Assembly: GCA_964016885.1 (NCBI GenBank)
Contig: OZ024743.1
Span: 138,260,001 to 138,324,000 of the forward strand
DNA: 64,000 bases
Source of the DNA: Eledone cirrhosa
Lineage: Eukaryota
Direction: 5' to 3'
In this document: positions 21,901 through 33,900 of the stretch, in pieces
How the letters are laid out: each line of letters opens with the position of its first letter
How positions within the stretch are numbered: the first letter of the stretch is position 1
Notes under the pieces: generated by a model
Database searches by the model: none
Seen by the model: the letters and a program-made list of their open reading frames with translations, nothing else
Told to the model about the DNA's origin: nothing
Position numbers and translations under genes: made by a program

Positions 21901-24900
21901 GGTGTTTGCTGTTTCGTGTTTGGTGTTTGCTGATTGGTGTTTGGTGTTTGCTGTTTGGTGTTTGGTCTTTGGTGCTTGGTGTTTGGTGCTTGGTGCTTGG
22001 TGTTTGGTGTTTGGTGCTTGGTGCTTGGTGCTTCGTGTTTGGTGTTTGGTGCTTGGTGTCTGGAGCTTGGTGTTTGGTGTTTGGTGCTTGGTGTTTGGTG
22101 TTTGGTGCTTGGTGCTTGGTGTTTGGTGCTTGGTGCTTGGTGTTTGTACTTGGTGCTTGGTGCTTGGTGTTTGGTGCTTGGTTGTTGGTGTTTGGTGCTT
22201 GGTGTTTGGTGCTTGGTGCTTGGTGTTTGGTGCTTGGTGCTTGGTGCTTGGTGCTTGGTGTTAGGTGTTTGGTGCTTGGTGCTTCGTGTTTGGTGTTTGG
22301 TTCTTGGTGCTTGGTATTTGGTGCTTGGTGCTTGCTGCTTCGTGTTTGGTGCTTGGTGATTGATGCTTGGTGTTTGGTGCTTGGTGCTTGGTGTTTGGTT
22401 TTTGGTGCTAGGTGCTTGGTGCTTGGTGTTTGGTGCTTGCTGTTTGGTGTTTGGTGCTTGGTGCTTGGTGTTTGGTACTTGGTGCTTGGTGCTTGGTGTT
22501 TGGTGCTTGGTGCTTGGTGTTTGGTGTTTGGTGTTTGGTGCTTGGTGCTTGGTGTTTGGTGCTTGGTGCTTGGTGCTGGGTGGTTGGTGTTTGGTGCTTG
22601 GTGCTTGGTGTTTGGTGCTAGGTGCATGGTGCTTGGTGTTTGGTGCTTGGTGCTTGGTGCTTGGTCTTTGGTGTTTGGTGTTTAGTGCTTGGTGCTTGGT
22701 GCTTGGTGCTTGGTGCTTGGTCCTTGGTGTTTGGTGCTTGGTGCTTGGTGTTTGGTGTTTGGTGCTTGGTGCTTGGTGCTTCGTGTTTGGTGTTTGGTGC
22801 TTGGTGTCTGGAGCTTGGTGTTTGGTGTTTGGTGCTTGGTGTTTGGTGTTTGGTGCTTGGTGCTTGGTGTTTGGTGCTTGGTGCTTGGTGTTTGTACTTG
22901 GTGCTTGGTGCTTGGTGTTTGGTGCTTGGTTCTTGGTGTTTGGTGCTTGGTGTTTGGAGCTTGGTGCTTGGTGTTTGGTGCTTGGTGCTTGGTGTTTGTA
23001 CTTGGTGCTTGGTGCTTGCTGTTTGGTGCTTGGTTCTTGGTGTTTGGTGCTTGGTGTTTGGAGCTTGGTGCTTGGTGTTTGGTGCTTGGTGCTTGGTGTT
23101 TGGTGTTTGGTGCCTGGTGCTTGGTGTTTGGTGTTTGGTGCTTGGTGTTTGGTGTTTGGTGCTTGGTGCTTGGTGTTTGTTGCTTGGTACTTGGTGCATG
23201 GTGTTTGGTGCTGGGTGCTTGGTGTTTGGTGCTTGGTGGTTGGTGCTTGGTGCTTGGTGTTTGGTGTTTGGTGTTTGATGCTTGGTGTTTTATGTTGGTG
23301 CTTGGTGTTTGGTGCTTGGTGTTTGTACTTGGTGCTTGGTGCTTGGTGTTTTGTGCTTGGTTCTTGGGGTTTGGTGTTTGGTGCTTGGTACTTGGTGCTT
23401 GGTGTTAGGTGTTTGGTCCTTGGTGCTTGGTGTTTGGTGTTTGGTCCTTGGTGCTTGGTGCTTGGTGTTTAGTGCTTGGTGCTTGGTGTTTGTTGTTTGG
23501 TGCTTTCTGTTTGCTGCTTGGTGTTTGCTGCTTGGTGCTTGGTGCTTGGTGTTTGGTGTTTGGTGCTAGGTGCTTGGTGTTTGGTGTTTGGTGTTTGATG
23601 CTTGGTGTTTGGTGCTTGGTGTTTGGTGCTTGGTGCTTGGGGCTTGGTGTTTGGTGCTTGGTGCTTGGTGCTTGGTGTTTGGTGCTTGGTGCTTGGTGTT
23701 TGGTGTTTGGTGTTTGGTGCTTGGTGCTTGGTGTTTGGTGCTTGGTGCTTGGTGCTGGGTGGTTGGTATTTGGTGCTTGGTGCTTGGTGTTTGGTGCTTG
23801 GTGCTTGGTGCTTGGTGTTTGGTGCTTGGTGCTTGGTGCTTGGTCTTTGGTGCTTGGTGTTTGGTGTTTGGTGCTTGGTGCTTTGTGTTTGGTGCTTGGT
23901 GATTAGTGTTTGGTGCTTGGTACTTGGTGTTTGGTGCTTGGTGTTTGGTGTTTGCTGTTTGGTGTTTGGTGTTTGGTGTTTGCTGTTTGGTGTCTGCTTT
24001 TTGGTGTTTGGTGTTTGCTGTATGGTGTTTGCTGTTTCGTGTTTGGTGTTTGCTGTTTGGTGTTTGGTGTTTGCTGTTTGGTCTTTGGTCTTTGGTGCTT
24101 GGTGTTTGGTGCTTGGTGCTTGGTGTTTGGTGTTTGGTGCTTGGTGTTTGGTGTTTGGTGCTTGGTGCTTGGTGCTTGGTGTTTGGTGCTTGGTGTCTGG
24201 TGCTTGGTGTCTGGTGCTTCGTGTTTGGTGTTTGGTGTTTGGTGCTTGGTGTTTGGTGTTTGGTGTTTGGTGTTTGGTGTTTGTTGCTTGGTGCTTGGTG
24301 CTTGGTGTTTGGTGCTTGGTGCTTGGTGTTTGGTGCTGGGTGCTTGGTGTTTGGTGCTTGGTGCTTGGTGTTTGGTGTTTGGTGCTTGGTGCTTGGTGTT
24401 TGGTGTTTGGTGTTATATGCTTGGTGTTTGGTGCTTGGTGCTTGGTGTTTGGTGTTTGGTTCTTGATGCTTGGTATTTGGTGCTTGGTGCTTGCTGCTTG
24501 GTGTTTGGTGCTTGGTGATTGATGCTTGGTGTTTGGTGCTTGGTGCTTGGTGTTTGGTTTTTGGTGCTAGGTGCTTGGTGCTTGGTGTTTGGTGCTTGGT
24601 GTTTGGTGTTTGGTGCTTGGTGTTTGGTACTTGGTGCTTGGTGCTTGGTGTTTGGTGCTTGGTGCTTGGTGTTTGGTGTTTGGTGTTTGGTGCTTGGTGC
24701 TTGGTGTTTGGTGCTTGGTGCTTGGTGCTGGGTGGTCGGTGTTTGGTGCTTGGTGCTTGGTGTTTCGTGCTAGGTGCATGGTGCTTGGTGTTTGGTGCTT
24801 GGTGCTTGGTGCTTGGTCTTTGGTGTTTGGTGTTTAGTGCTTGGTGCTTGGTGCTTGGTGCTTGGTGCTTGGTCCTTGGTGTTTGGTGCTTGGTGCTTGG

Positions 24901-25200
24901 TGTTTGGTGTTTGGTGCTTGGTGCTTGGTGCTTCGTGTTTGGTGTTTGGTGCTTGGTGTCTGGAGCTTGGTGTTTGGTGTTTGGTGCTTGGTGTTTGGTG
25001 TTTGGTGCTTGGTGCTTGGTGTTTGGTGCTTGGTGCTTGGTGTTTGTACTTGGTGCTTGGTGCTTGGTGTTTGGTGCTTGGTTCTTGGTGTTTGGTGCTT
25101 GGTGTTTGGAGCTTGGTGCTTGGTGTTTGGTGCTTGGTGCTTGGTGTTTGTACTTGGTGCTTGGTTCTTGGTGCTTGGTGCTTGGTTCTTGGTGTTTGGT
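18965..25200 (+). repeat. Dispersed further copy of the left-domain higher-order unit (matches ~2870-5700 at offset ~16.1 kb and ~10050-14080 at offset ~10.95-11.0 kb)
   Basis: Offsets 16094 (2950/19044; 3303/19397), 16143 (4118/20261), 10952 (10982/21934), 10959 (11659/22618) and 11014 (13760/24774). Shared private variants include GCTCAGT (~3329/~19423), GGGATTGG, TTATAC, GATAGG and GCAGGG. Confidence 0.85.
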
Positions 25201-28200
25201 GCTTGGTGTTTGGAGCTTGGTGCTTGGTGTTTGGTGCCTGGTGCTTGGTGTTTGGTGTTTGGTGCTTGGTGCTTGGTGTTTGGTGTTTGGTGCTTGGTGT
25301 TTGGTGTTTGGTGCTTGGTGCTTGGTGTTTGTTGCTTGGTACTTGGTGCATGGTGTTTGGTGCTGGATGCTTGGTGTTTGGTGCTTGGTGTTTGGTGCTT
25401 GGTGCTTGGTGTTTGGTGTTTGGTGTTTGATGCTTGGTGTTTTATGCTTGGTGCTTGGTGTTTGGTGCTTGGTGTTTGTACTTGGTGCTTGGTGCTTGGT
25501 GTTTTGTGCTTGGTTCTTGGTGTTTGGTGTTTGGTGCTTGGTACTTGGTGCTTGGTGTTAGGTGTTTGGTGCTTGGTGCTTGGTGTTTGGTGTTTGGTCC
25601 TTGCTGCTTGGTGCTTGGTGTTTAGTGCTTGGTGCTTGGTGTTTGTTGTTTGGTGCTTTCTGTTTGCTGCTTGGTGTTTGCTGCTTGGTGCTTGGTGCTT
25701 GGTGTTTGGTGTTTGGTGCTAGGTGCTTGGTGTTTGGTGTTTGGTGTTTGATGCTTGGTGTTTGGTGCTTGGTGTTTGGTGCTTGGTGCTTGGGGCTTGG
25801 TGTTTGGTGCTTGGTGCTTGGTGCTTGGTGTTTGGTGCTTGGTGCTTGGTGTTTGGTGTTTGGTGTTTGGTGCTTGGTGCTTGGTGCTTGGTGCTTGGTG
25901 CTTGGTGCTGGGTGGTTGGTATTTGGTGATTGGTGCTTGGTGCTTGGTGTTTGGTGCTTGGTGCTTGGTGCTTGGTCTTTGGTGCTTGGTGTTTGGTGTT
26001 TGGTGCTTGGTGCTTTGTGTTTGGTGCTTGGTGATTAGTGTTTGGTGCTTGGTACTTGGTGTTTGGTGCTTGGTGTTTGGTGTTTGCTGTTTGGTGTTTG
26101 GTGTTTGGTGTTTGCTGTTTGGTGTCTGCTTTTTGGTGTTTGGTGTTTGATGTATGGTGTTTGCTGTTTCGTGTTTGGTGTTTGCTGTTTGGTGTTTGGT
26201 GTTTGCTGTTTGGTGTTTGGTCTTTGGTGCTTGGTGTTTGGTGCTTGGTGCTTGGTGTTTGGTGTTTGGTGCTTGGTGCTTGGTGCTTGGTGTTTGGTGC
26301 TTGGTGTCTGGTGCTTGGTGTCTGGTGCTTGGTGTTTGGTGTTTGGTGTTTGGTGCTTGGTGTTTGGTGTTTGGTGTTTGGTGTTTGGTGTTTGGTGCTT
26401 GTTGCTTGGTGCTTGGTGCTTGGTGTTTGGTGCTTGGTGCTTGGTGTTTGGTGCTGGGTGCTTGGTGTTTGGTGCTTGGTGCTTGGTGCTTGGTGTTTGG
26501 TGTTTGGTGTTATATGCTTGGTGTTTGATGCTTGGTGCTTGGTGCTTGGTGTTTGGTGTTTGGTGCTTGGTGTTTTATGCTTGGTGTTTGATGTTTGGTG
26601 CTTGGTGCTTGGTGTTTGGTGCTTGGTGCTTGGTGTTTGTACTTGGTGCTTGGTGCTTGGTTCTTGGTGTTTGGTGCTTGGTGCTTGGTGCTTGGTGCTT
26701 GGTGTTTGGTGCTTGGTGTTTGGTGCTTGGTGTTTGGTGCTTGGTGCCTGGTGCTTGGTGCTTGGTGCTTGGTGTTTGGTGCTTGGTGTTTGCTGCTTGG
26801 TATTAGGTGTTTGGTGCTTGGTGCTTGGTGTTTGGTGTTTGGTGCTTGGTGTTTGGTGCTTGGTGTTTGGTGTTTGGTGCTTGGTGTTTGGTGCTTGGTA
26901 CTTGGTGCTAGGTGCTTGGTGTTAGGTGTTTGGTGCTTGGTGCTTGGTGTTTGGTTTTTGGTGCTTGGTGCTTGGTGTTTGGTGTTTGGTGCTTGCTGCT
27001 GGCTGCTTGGTGTTTGGTGCTTGGTGATTGGTGCTTGGTGTTTGGTGCTTGGTGTTTGGTGTTTGGTACTAGGTGCTTGGTGCTTGGTGTTTGGTGCTTG
27101 GTGCTTGGTGTTTGGTGCTTGGTGCTGGGTTCTGGGTGGTTGGTGTTTGGTGCTTGGTGTTTGGTGCTGGGTGCTTGGTGTTTGGTGCTTGGTGCTTGGT
27201 CTTTGGTGTTTGGTGTTTGGTGTTTGGGGCTTGGTGCTTGGTGCTTGGTGTTTGGTGCTTGGTGCTTGGTGTTTGGTGCTTGGTGCTTAGTGTTTGGTGC
27301 TAGGTGCTTGGGGTTTGGTGTTTGGTGCTTGGTGCTTGGTGTTTGGTGCTTGGTGCTTGGTGTTTGGTGTTTGGTGCTTGGTGCTTGGTGTTTGGTGTTT
27401 CCTGTTTGCTGTTTGGTGTTTGGTGTTTGGTGTTTGCTGTTTGGTGTCTGCTTTTTGGTGTTTGGTGTTTGCTGTATGTTATTTGCTGTTTGGTGTTTGG
27501 TGTTTGGTGTTTGGTGCTTGGTGCTTGGTGTTTGGTGCTTGGTGCTTGGTGTTTGGTGCCTGGTGCTTGGGGCTTGGTGTTTGGTGTTTGGTGCTTGGTG
27601 CTTGGAGTTTGGTGTTTGGTGCTTGGTGCTTGGTGTTTTGTGTTTGGTGTTTGGTTTTTAGTGCTTGGTGCTTTGTGCTTGGTGCTTGGTCCTTGGTGTT
27701 TGGTGCTTGGTGCTTGGTGTTTGTACTTGGTGCTTGGTGCTTGGTGTTTGGTTCTTGGTTCCTGGTGTTTGGTACTTGGTGCTTGGTGCTTGGTGTTTGG
27801 TGCTTGGTGCTTGGTGTTTGGTGTTTGGTGTTTGGTGCTTGGTGCTTGGTGTTTGGTGCTTGGTGCTTGGTGCTGGGTGGTTGGTATTTGGTGCTTGGTG
27901 CTTGGTGTTTGGTGCTTGGTGCTTGGTGCTTGGTGTTTGGTGCTTGGTGCTTGGTGCTTGGTCTTTGGTGCTTGGTGTTTGGTGTTTGGTGCTTGGTGCT
28001 TTGTGTTTGGTGCTTGGTGATTAGTGTTTGGTGCTTGGTACTTGGTGTTTGGTGCTTGGTGTTTGGTGTTTGCTGTTTGGTGTTTGGTGTTTGGTGTTTG
28101 CTGTTTGGTGTCTGCTTTTTGGTGTTTGGTGTTTGCTGTATGGTGTTTGCTGTTTCGTGTTTGGTGTTTGCTGTTTGGTGTTTGGTGTTTGCTGTTTGGT

Positions 28201-30955
28201 GTTTGGTTTTTGGTGCTTGGTGTTTGGTGCTTGGTGCTTGGTGTTTGGTGTTTGGTGCTTGGTGTTTGGTGTTTGGTGCTTGGTGCTTGGTGCTTGGTGT
28301 TTGGTGCTTGGTGTCTGGTGCTTGGTGTCTGGTGCTTGGTGTTTGGTGTTTGGTGTTTGGTGCTTGGTGTTTGGTGTTTGGTGCTTGTTGCTTGGTGCTT
28401 GGTGCTTGGTGTTTGGTGCTTGCTACTTGGTGTTTGGTGCTGGGTGCTTGGTGTTTGGTGCTTGGTTCTTGGTGTTTGGTGTTTGGTGCTTGGTGCTTGG
28501 TGTTTGGTGTTTGGTGTTATATGCTTGGTGTTTCGTGCTAGGTGCATGGTGCTTGGTGTTTGGTGCTTGGTGCTTGGTGCTTGGTCTTTGGTGTTTGGTG
28601 TTTAGTGCTTGGTGCTTGGTGCTTGGTGCTTGGTGCTTGGTGCTTGGTGCTTGGTGTTTGGTGCTTGGTGCTTGGTGTTTGGTGTTTGGTGCTTGGTGCT
28701 TGGTGCTTCGTGTTTGGTGTTTGGTGCTTGGTGTCTGGAGCTTGGTGTTTGGTGTTTGGTGCTTGGTGTTTGGTGTTTGGTGCTTGGTGCTTGGTGTTTG
28801 GTGCTTGGTGCTTGGTGTTTGTACTTGGTGCTTGGTGCTTGGTGTTTGGTGCTTGGTTCTTGGTGTTTGGTGCTTGGTGTTTGGAGCTTGGTGCTTGGTG
28901 TTTGGTGCTTGGTGCTTGGTGTTTGTACTTGGTGCTTGGTGCTTGGTGTTTGGTGCTTGGTTCTTGGTGTTTGGTGCTTGGTGTTTGGAGCTTGGTGCTT
29001 GGTGTTTGGTGCTTGGTGCTTGGTGTTTGGTGTTTGGTGCTTGGTGCTTGGAGTTTGGTGTTTGGTGCTTGGTGTTTGGTGTTTGGTGTTTGGTGCTTGG
29101 TGCTTGGTGTTTGTTGCTTGGTACTTGGTGCATGGTGTTTGGTGCTGGGTGCTTGGTGTTTTGTGCTTGGTTCTTGTTGTTTGGTGTTTGGTGCTTGGTA
29201 CTTGGTGTCTGGAGCTTGGTGTTTGGTGTTTGGTGCTTGGTGTTTGGTGCTTGGTGCTTGGTGTTTGGTGTTTGGTGTTTGATGCTTGGTGTTTTATGCT
29301 TGGTGCTTGGTGTTTGGTGCTTGGTGTTTGTATTTGGTGCTTGCTGCTTGGTGTTTTGTGCTTGGTTCTTGGTGTTTGGTGTTTGGTGCTTGGTACTTGG
29401 TGCTTGGTGTTTGGTGCTTGGTGCTTGGTGTTTGGTGTTTCGTGCCTGGTGCTTGGTGTTTGGTGTTTGGTGCTTGGTGTTTGGTGTTTGGTGCATGGTG
29501 CTTGGTGTTTGTTGCTTGGTACTTGGTGCATGGTGTTTGGTGCTGGGTGCTTGGTGTTTGGTGCTTGGTGTTTGGTGCTTGGTGCTTGGTGTTTGGTGTT
29601 TGGTGTTTGATGCTTGGTGTTTTATGCTTGGTGCTTGGTGTTTGGTGCTTGGTGTTTGTACTTGGTGCTTGGTGCTTGGTGTTTTGTGCTTGGTTCTTGG
29701 GGTTTGGTGTTTGGTGCTTGGTACTTGGTGCTTGGTGTTAGGTGTTTGGTGCTTGGTGCTTGGTGTTTGGTGTTTGGTCCTTGGTGCTTGGTGCTTGGTG
29801 TTTAGTGCTTGGTGCTTGGTGTTTGTTGTTTGGTGCTTTCTGTTTGCTGCTTGGTGTTTGCTGCTTGGTGCTTGGTGCTTGGTGTTTGGTGTTTGGTGCT
29901 AGGTGCTTGGTGTTTGGTGTTTGGTGTTTGATGCTTGGTGTTTGGTGCTTGGTGTTTGGTGCTTGGTGCTTGGGGCTTGGTGTTTGGTGCTTGGTGCTTG
30001 GTGCTTGGTGTTTGGTGCTTGGTGCTTGGTGTTTGGTGTTTGGTGTTTGGTGCTTGGTGCTTGGTGTTTGGTGCTTGGTGCTTGGTGCTGGGTGGTTGGT
30101 ATTCGGTGCTTGGTGCTTGGTGTTTGGTGCTTGGTGCTTGGTGCTTGGTGTTTGGTGCTTGGTGCTTGGTGCTTGGTCTTTGGTGCTTGGTGCTTTGTGT
30201 TTGGTGCTTGGTGATTAGTGTTTGGTGCTTGGTACTTGGTGTTTGGTGCTTGGTGTTTGGTGTTTGCTGTTTGGTGTTTGGTGTTTGCTGTTTGCTATTT
30301 GGTGTCTGCTTTTTGGTGTTTGGTGTTTGCTGTATGGTGTTTGCTGTTTCGTGTTTGGTGTTTGCTGTTTGGTGTTTGGTGTTTGCTGTTTGGTGTTTGG
30401 TCTTTGGTGCTTGGTGTTTGGTGCTTGGTGCTTGGTGTTTGGTGTTTGGTGCTTGGTGCTTGGTGCTTGGTGTTTGGTGCTTGGTGTCTGGTGCTTGGTG
30501 TCTGGTGCTTGGTGTTTGGTGTTTGGTGTTTGGTGCTTGGTGTTTGGTGTTTGGTGTTTGGTGTCTGGTGCTTGTTGCTTGGTGCTTGGTGCTTGGTGTT
30601 TGGTGCTTGGTGCTTGGTGTTTGGTGCTGGGTGCTTGGTGTTTGGTGCTTGGTGCTTGGTGCTTGGTGTTTGGTGTTTGGTGCTTGGTGCTTGGTGTTTG
30701 GTGTTTGGTGTTATATGCTTGGTGTTTGATGCTTGGTGCTTGGTGCTTGGTGTTTGGTGTTTGGTGCTTGGTGTTTTATGCTTGGTGTTTGATGTTTGGT
30801 GCTTGGTGCTTGGTTTTTGGTGCTTGGTGCTTGGTGTTTCTACTTGGTGCTTGGTGCTTGGTTCTTGTTGTTTGGTGCTTGGTGCTTGGTGCTTGGTGCT
30901 TGGTGTTTGGTGCTTGGTGTTTGGTGCTTGGTGCCTGGTGCTTGGTGCTTGGTGC

Positions 30956-33900
30956 TTGGTGTTTGGTGCTTGGTGTTTGGTGCTTGGTATTAGGTGTTTG
31001 GTGCTTGGTGCTTGGTGTTTGGTGTTTGGTGCTTGGTGTTTGGTGCTTGGTGTTTGGTGTTTGGTGCTTGGTGTTTGGTGCTTGGTACTTGGTGCTTGGT
31101 GCTTGGTGTTAGGTGTTTGGTGCTTGGTGCTTGGTGTTTGGTTTTTGGTGCTTGGTGCTTGGTGTTTGGTGTTTGGTGCTTGCTGCTGGCTGCTTGGTGT
31201 TTGGTGCTTGGTGATTGGTGCTTGGTGTTTGGTGCTTGGTGTTTGGTGTTTGGTACTAGGTGCTTGGTGCTTGGTGTTTGGTGCTTGGTGCTTGGTGTTT
31301 GGTGTTTGGTGCTTGGTGCTTGGTGTTTGGTGTTTCCTGTTTGCTGTTTGGTGTTTGGTGTTTGGTGTTTGCTGTTTGGTGTCTGCTTTTTGGTGTTTGG
31401 TGTTTGGTGTATGTTATTTGCTGTTTGGTGTTTGGTGTTTGGTGTTTGGTGCTTGGTGCTTGGTGTTTGGTGCTTGGTGCTTGGTGTTTGGTGCCTGGTG
31501 CTTGGGGCTTGGTGTTTGGTGTTTGGTGCTTGGTGCTTGGAGTTTGGTGTTTGGTGCTTGGTGCTTGGTGTTTTGTGTTTGGTGTTTGGTTTTTGGTGCT
31601 TGGTGCTTGGTGCTTGGTGCTTGGTCCTTGGTGTTTGGTGCTTGGTGCTTGGTGTTTGTACTTGGTGCTTGGTGCTTAGTGTTTGGTTCTTGGTTCTTGG
31701 TGTTTGGTACTTGGTGCTTGGTGCTTGGTGTTTGGTGCTTGGTGCTTGGTGTTTGGTGTTTGGTGTTTGGTGCTTGGTGCTTGGTGTTTGGTGCTTGGTG
31801 CTTGGTGCTGGGTGGTTGGTATTTGGTGCTTGGTGCTTGGTGTTTGGTGCTTGGTGCTTGGTGCTTGGTGTTTGGTGCTTGGTGCTTGGTGCTTGGTCTT
31901 TGGTGCTTGGTGTTTGGTGTTTGGTGCTTGGTGCTTTGTGTTTGGTGCTTGGTGATTAGTGTTTGGTGCTTGGTACTTGGTGTTTGGTGCTTGGTGTTTG
32001 GTGTTTGCTGTTTGGTGTTTGGTGTTTGGTGTTTGCTGTTTGGTGTCTGCTTTTTGGTGTTTGGTGTTTGCTGTATGGTGTTTGCTGTTTCGTGTTTGGT
32101 GTTTGCTGTTTGGTGTTTGGTGTTTGCTGTTTGGTGTTTGGTCTTTGGTGCTTGGTGTTTGGTGCTTGGTGCTTGGTGTTTGGTGTTTGGTGCTTGGTGT
32201 TTGGTGTTTGGTGCTTGGTGCTTGGTGCTTGGTGTTTGGTGCTTGGTGTCTGGTGCTTGGTGTCTGGTGCTTGGTGTTTGGTGTTTGGTGTTTGGTGCTT
32301 GGTGTTTGGTGTTTGGTGTTTGGTGTTTGGTGCTTGTTGCTTGGTGCTTGGTGCTTGGTGTTTGGTGCTTGGTGCTTGGTGTTTGGTGCTGGGTGCTTGG
32401 TGTTTGGTGCTTGGTGCTTGGTGTTTGGTGTTTGGTGCTTGGTGCTTGGTGTTTGGTGTTTGGTGTTATATGCTTGGTGTTTGGTGCTTGGTGCTTGGTG
32501 TTTGGTGTTTGGTTCTTGATGCTTGGTATTTGGTGCTTGGTGCTTGCTGCTTGGTGTTTGGTGCTTGGTGATTGATGCTTGGTGTTTGGTGCTTGGTGCT
32601 TGGTGTTTGGTTTTTGGTGCTAGGTGCTTGGTGCTTGGTGTTTGGTGCTTGGTGTTTGGTGTTTGGTGCTTGGTGCTTGGTGTTTGGTACTTGGTGCTTG
32701 GTGCTTGGTGTTTGGTGCTTGGTGCTTGGTGTTTGGTGTTTGGTGTTTGGTACTTGGTGCTTGGTGTTTGGTGCTTGGTGCTGGGTGGTTGGTGTTTGGT
32801 GCTTGGTGCTTGGTGTTTTGTGCTAGGTGCATGGTGCCTGGTGTTTGGTGCTTGGTGCTTGGTGCTTGGTCTTTGGTGTTTGGTGTTTAGTGCTTGGTGC
32901 TTGGTGCTTGGTGCTTGGTGCTTGGTGCTTGGTCCTTGGTGTTTGGTGCTTGGTGCTTGTTGTTTGGTGTTTGGTGCTTGGTGCTTGGTGCTTCGTGTTT
33001 GGTGTTTGGTGCTTGGTGTTTGGTGTTTGGTGCTTGGTACTTGGTGTTTGGTGCTTGGTGTTTGGTGCTTGCTGTTTGGTGTTTGGTGTTTGCTGTTTGC
33101 TGTTTGGTGTCTGCTTTTTGGTGTTTGGTGTTTGCTGTTTCGTGTTTGGTGTTTGCTGTTTGGTGTTTGGTGTCTGGTGCTTGGTGTCTGGTGCTTGGTG
33201 TTTGGTGTTTGGTGTTTGGTGCTTGGTGTTTGGTGCTTGGTATTAGGTGTTTGGTGCTTGGTGCTTGGTGTTTGGTGTTTGGTGCTTGGTGTTTGGTGCT
33301 TGGTGTTTGGTGTTTGGTGCTTGGTGTTTGGTGCTTGGTACTTGGTGCTTGGTGCTTGGTGTTAGGTGTTTGGTGCTTGGTGCTTGGTGTTTGGTTTTTG
33401 GTGCTTGGTGCTTGGTGTTTGGTGTTTGGTGCTTGCTGCTGGCTGCTTGGTGTTTGGTGCTTGGTGATTGGTGCTTGGTGTTTGGTGCTTGGTGTTTGGT
33501 GTTTGGTACTAGGTGCTTGGTGCTTGGTGTTTGGTGCTTGGTGCTTGGTGTTTGGTGTTTGGTGCTTGGTGCTTGGTGTTTGGTGTTTCCTGTTTGCTGT
33601 TTGGTGTTTGGTGTTTGGTGTTTGCTGTTTGGTGTCTGCTTTTTGGTGTTTGGTGTTTGGTGTATGTTATTTGCTGTTTGGTGTTTGGTGTTTGGTGTTT
33701 GGTGCTTGGTGCTTGGTGTTTGGTGCTTGGTGCTTGGTGTTTGGTGCCTGGTGCTTGGGGCTTGGTGTTTGGTGTTTGGTGCTTGGTGCTTGGAGTTTGG
33801 TGTTTGGTGCTTGGTGCTTGGTGTTTTGTGTTTGGTGTTTGGTTTTTGGTGCTTGGTGCTTGGTGCTTGGTGCTTGGTCCTTGGTGTTTGGTGCTTGGTG

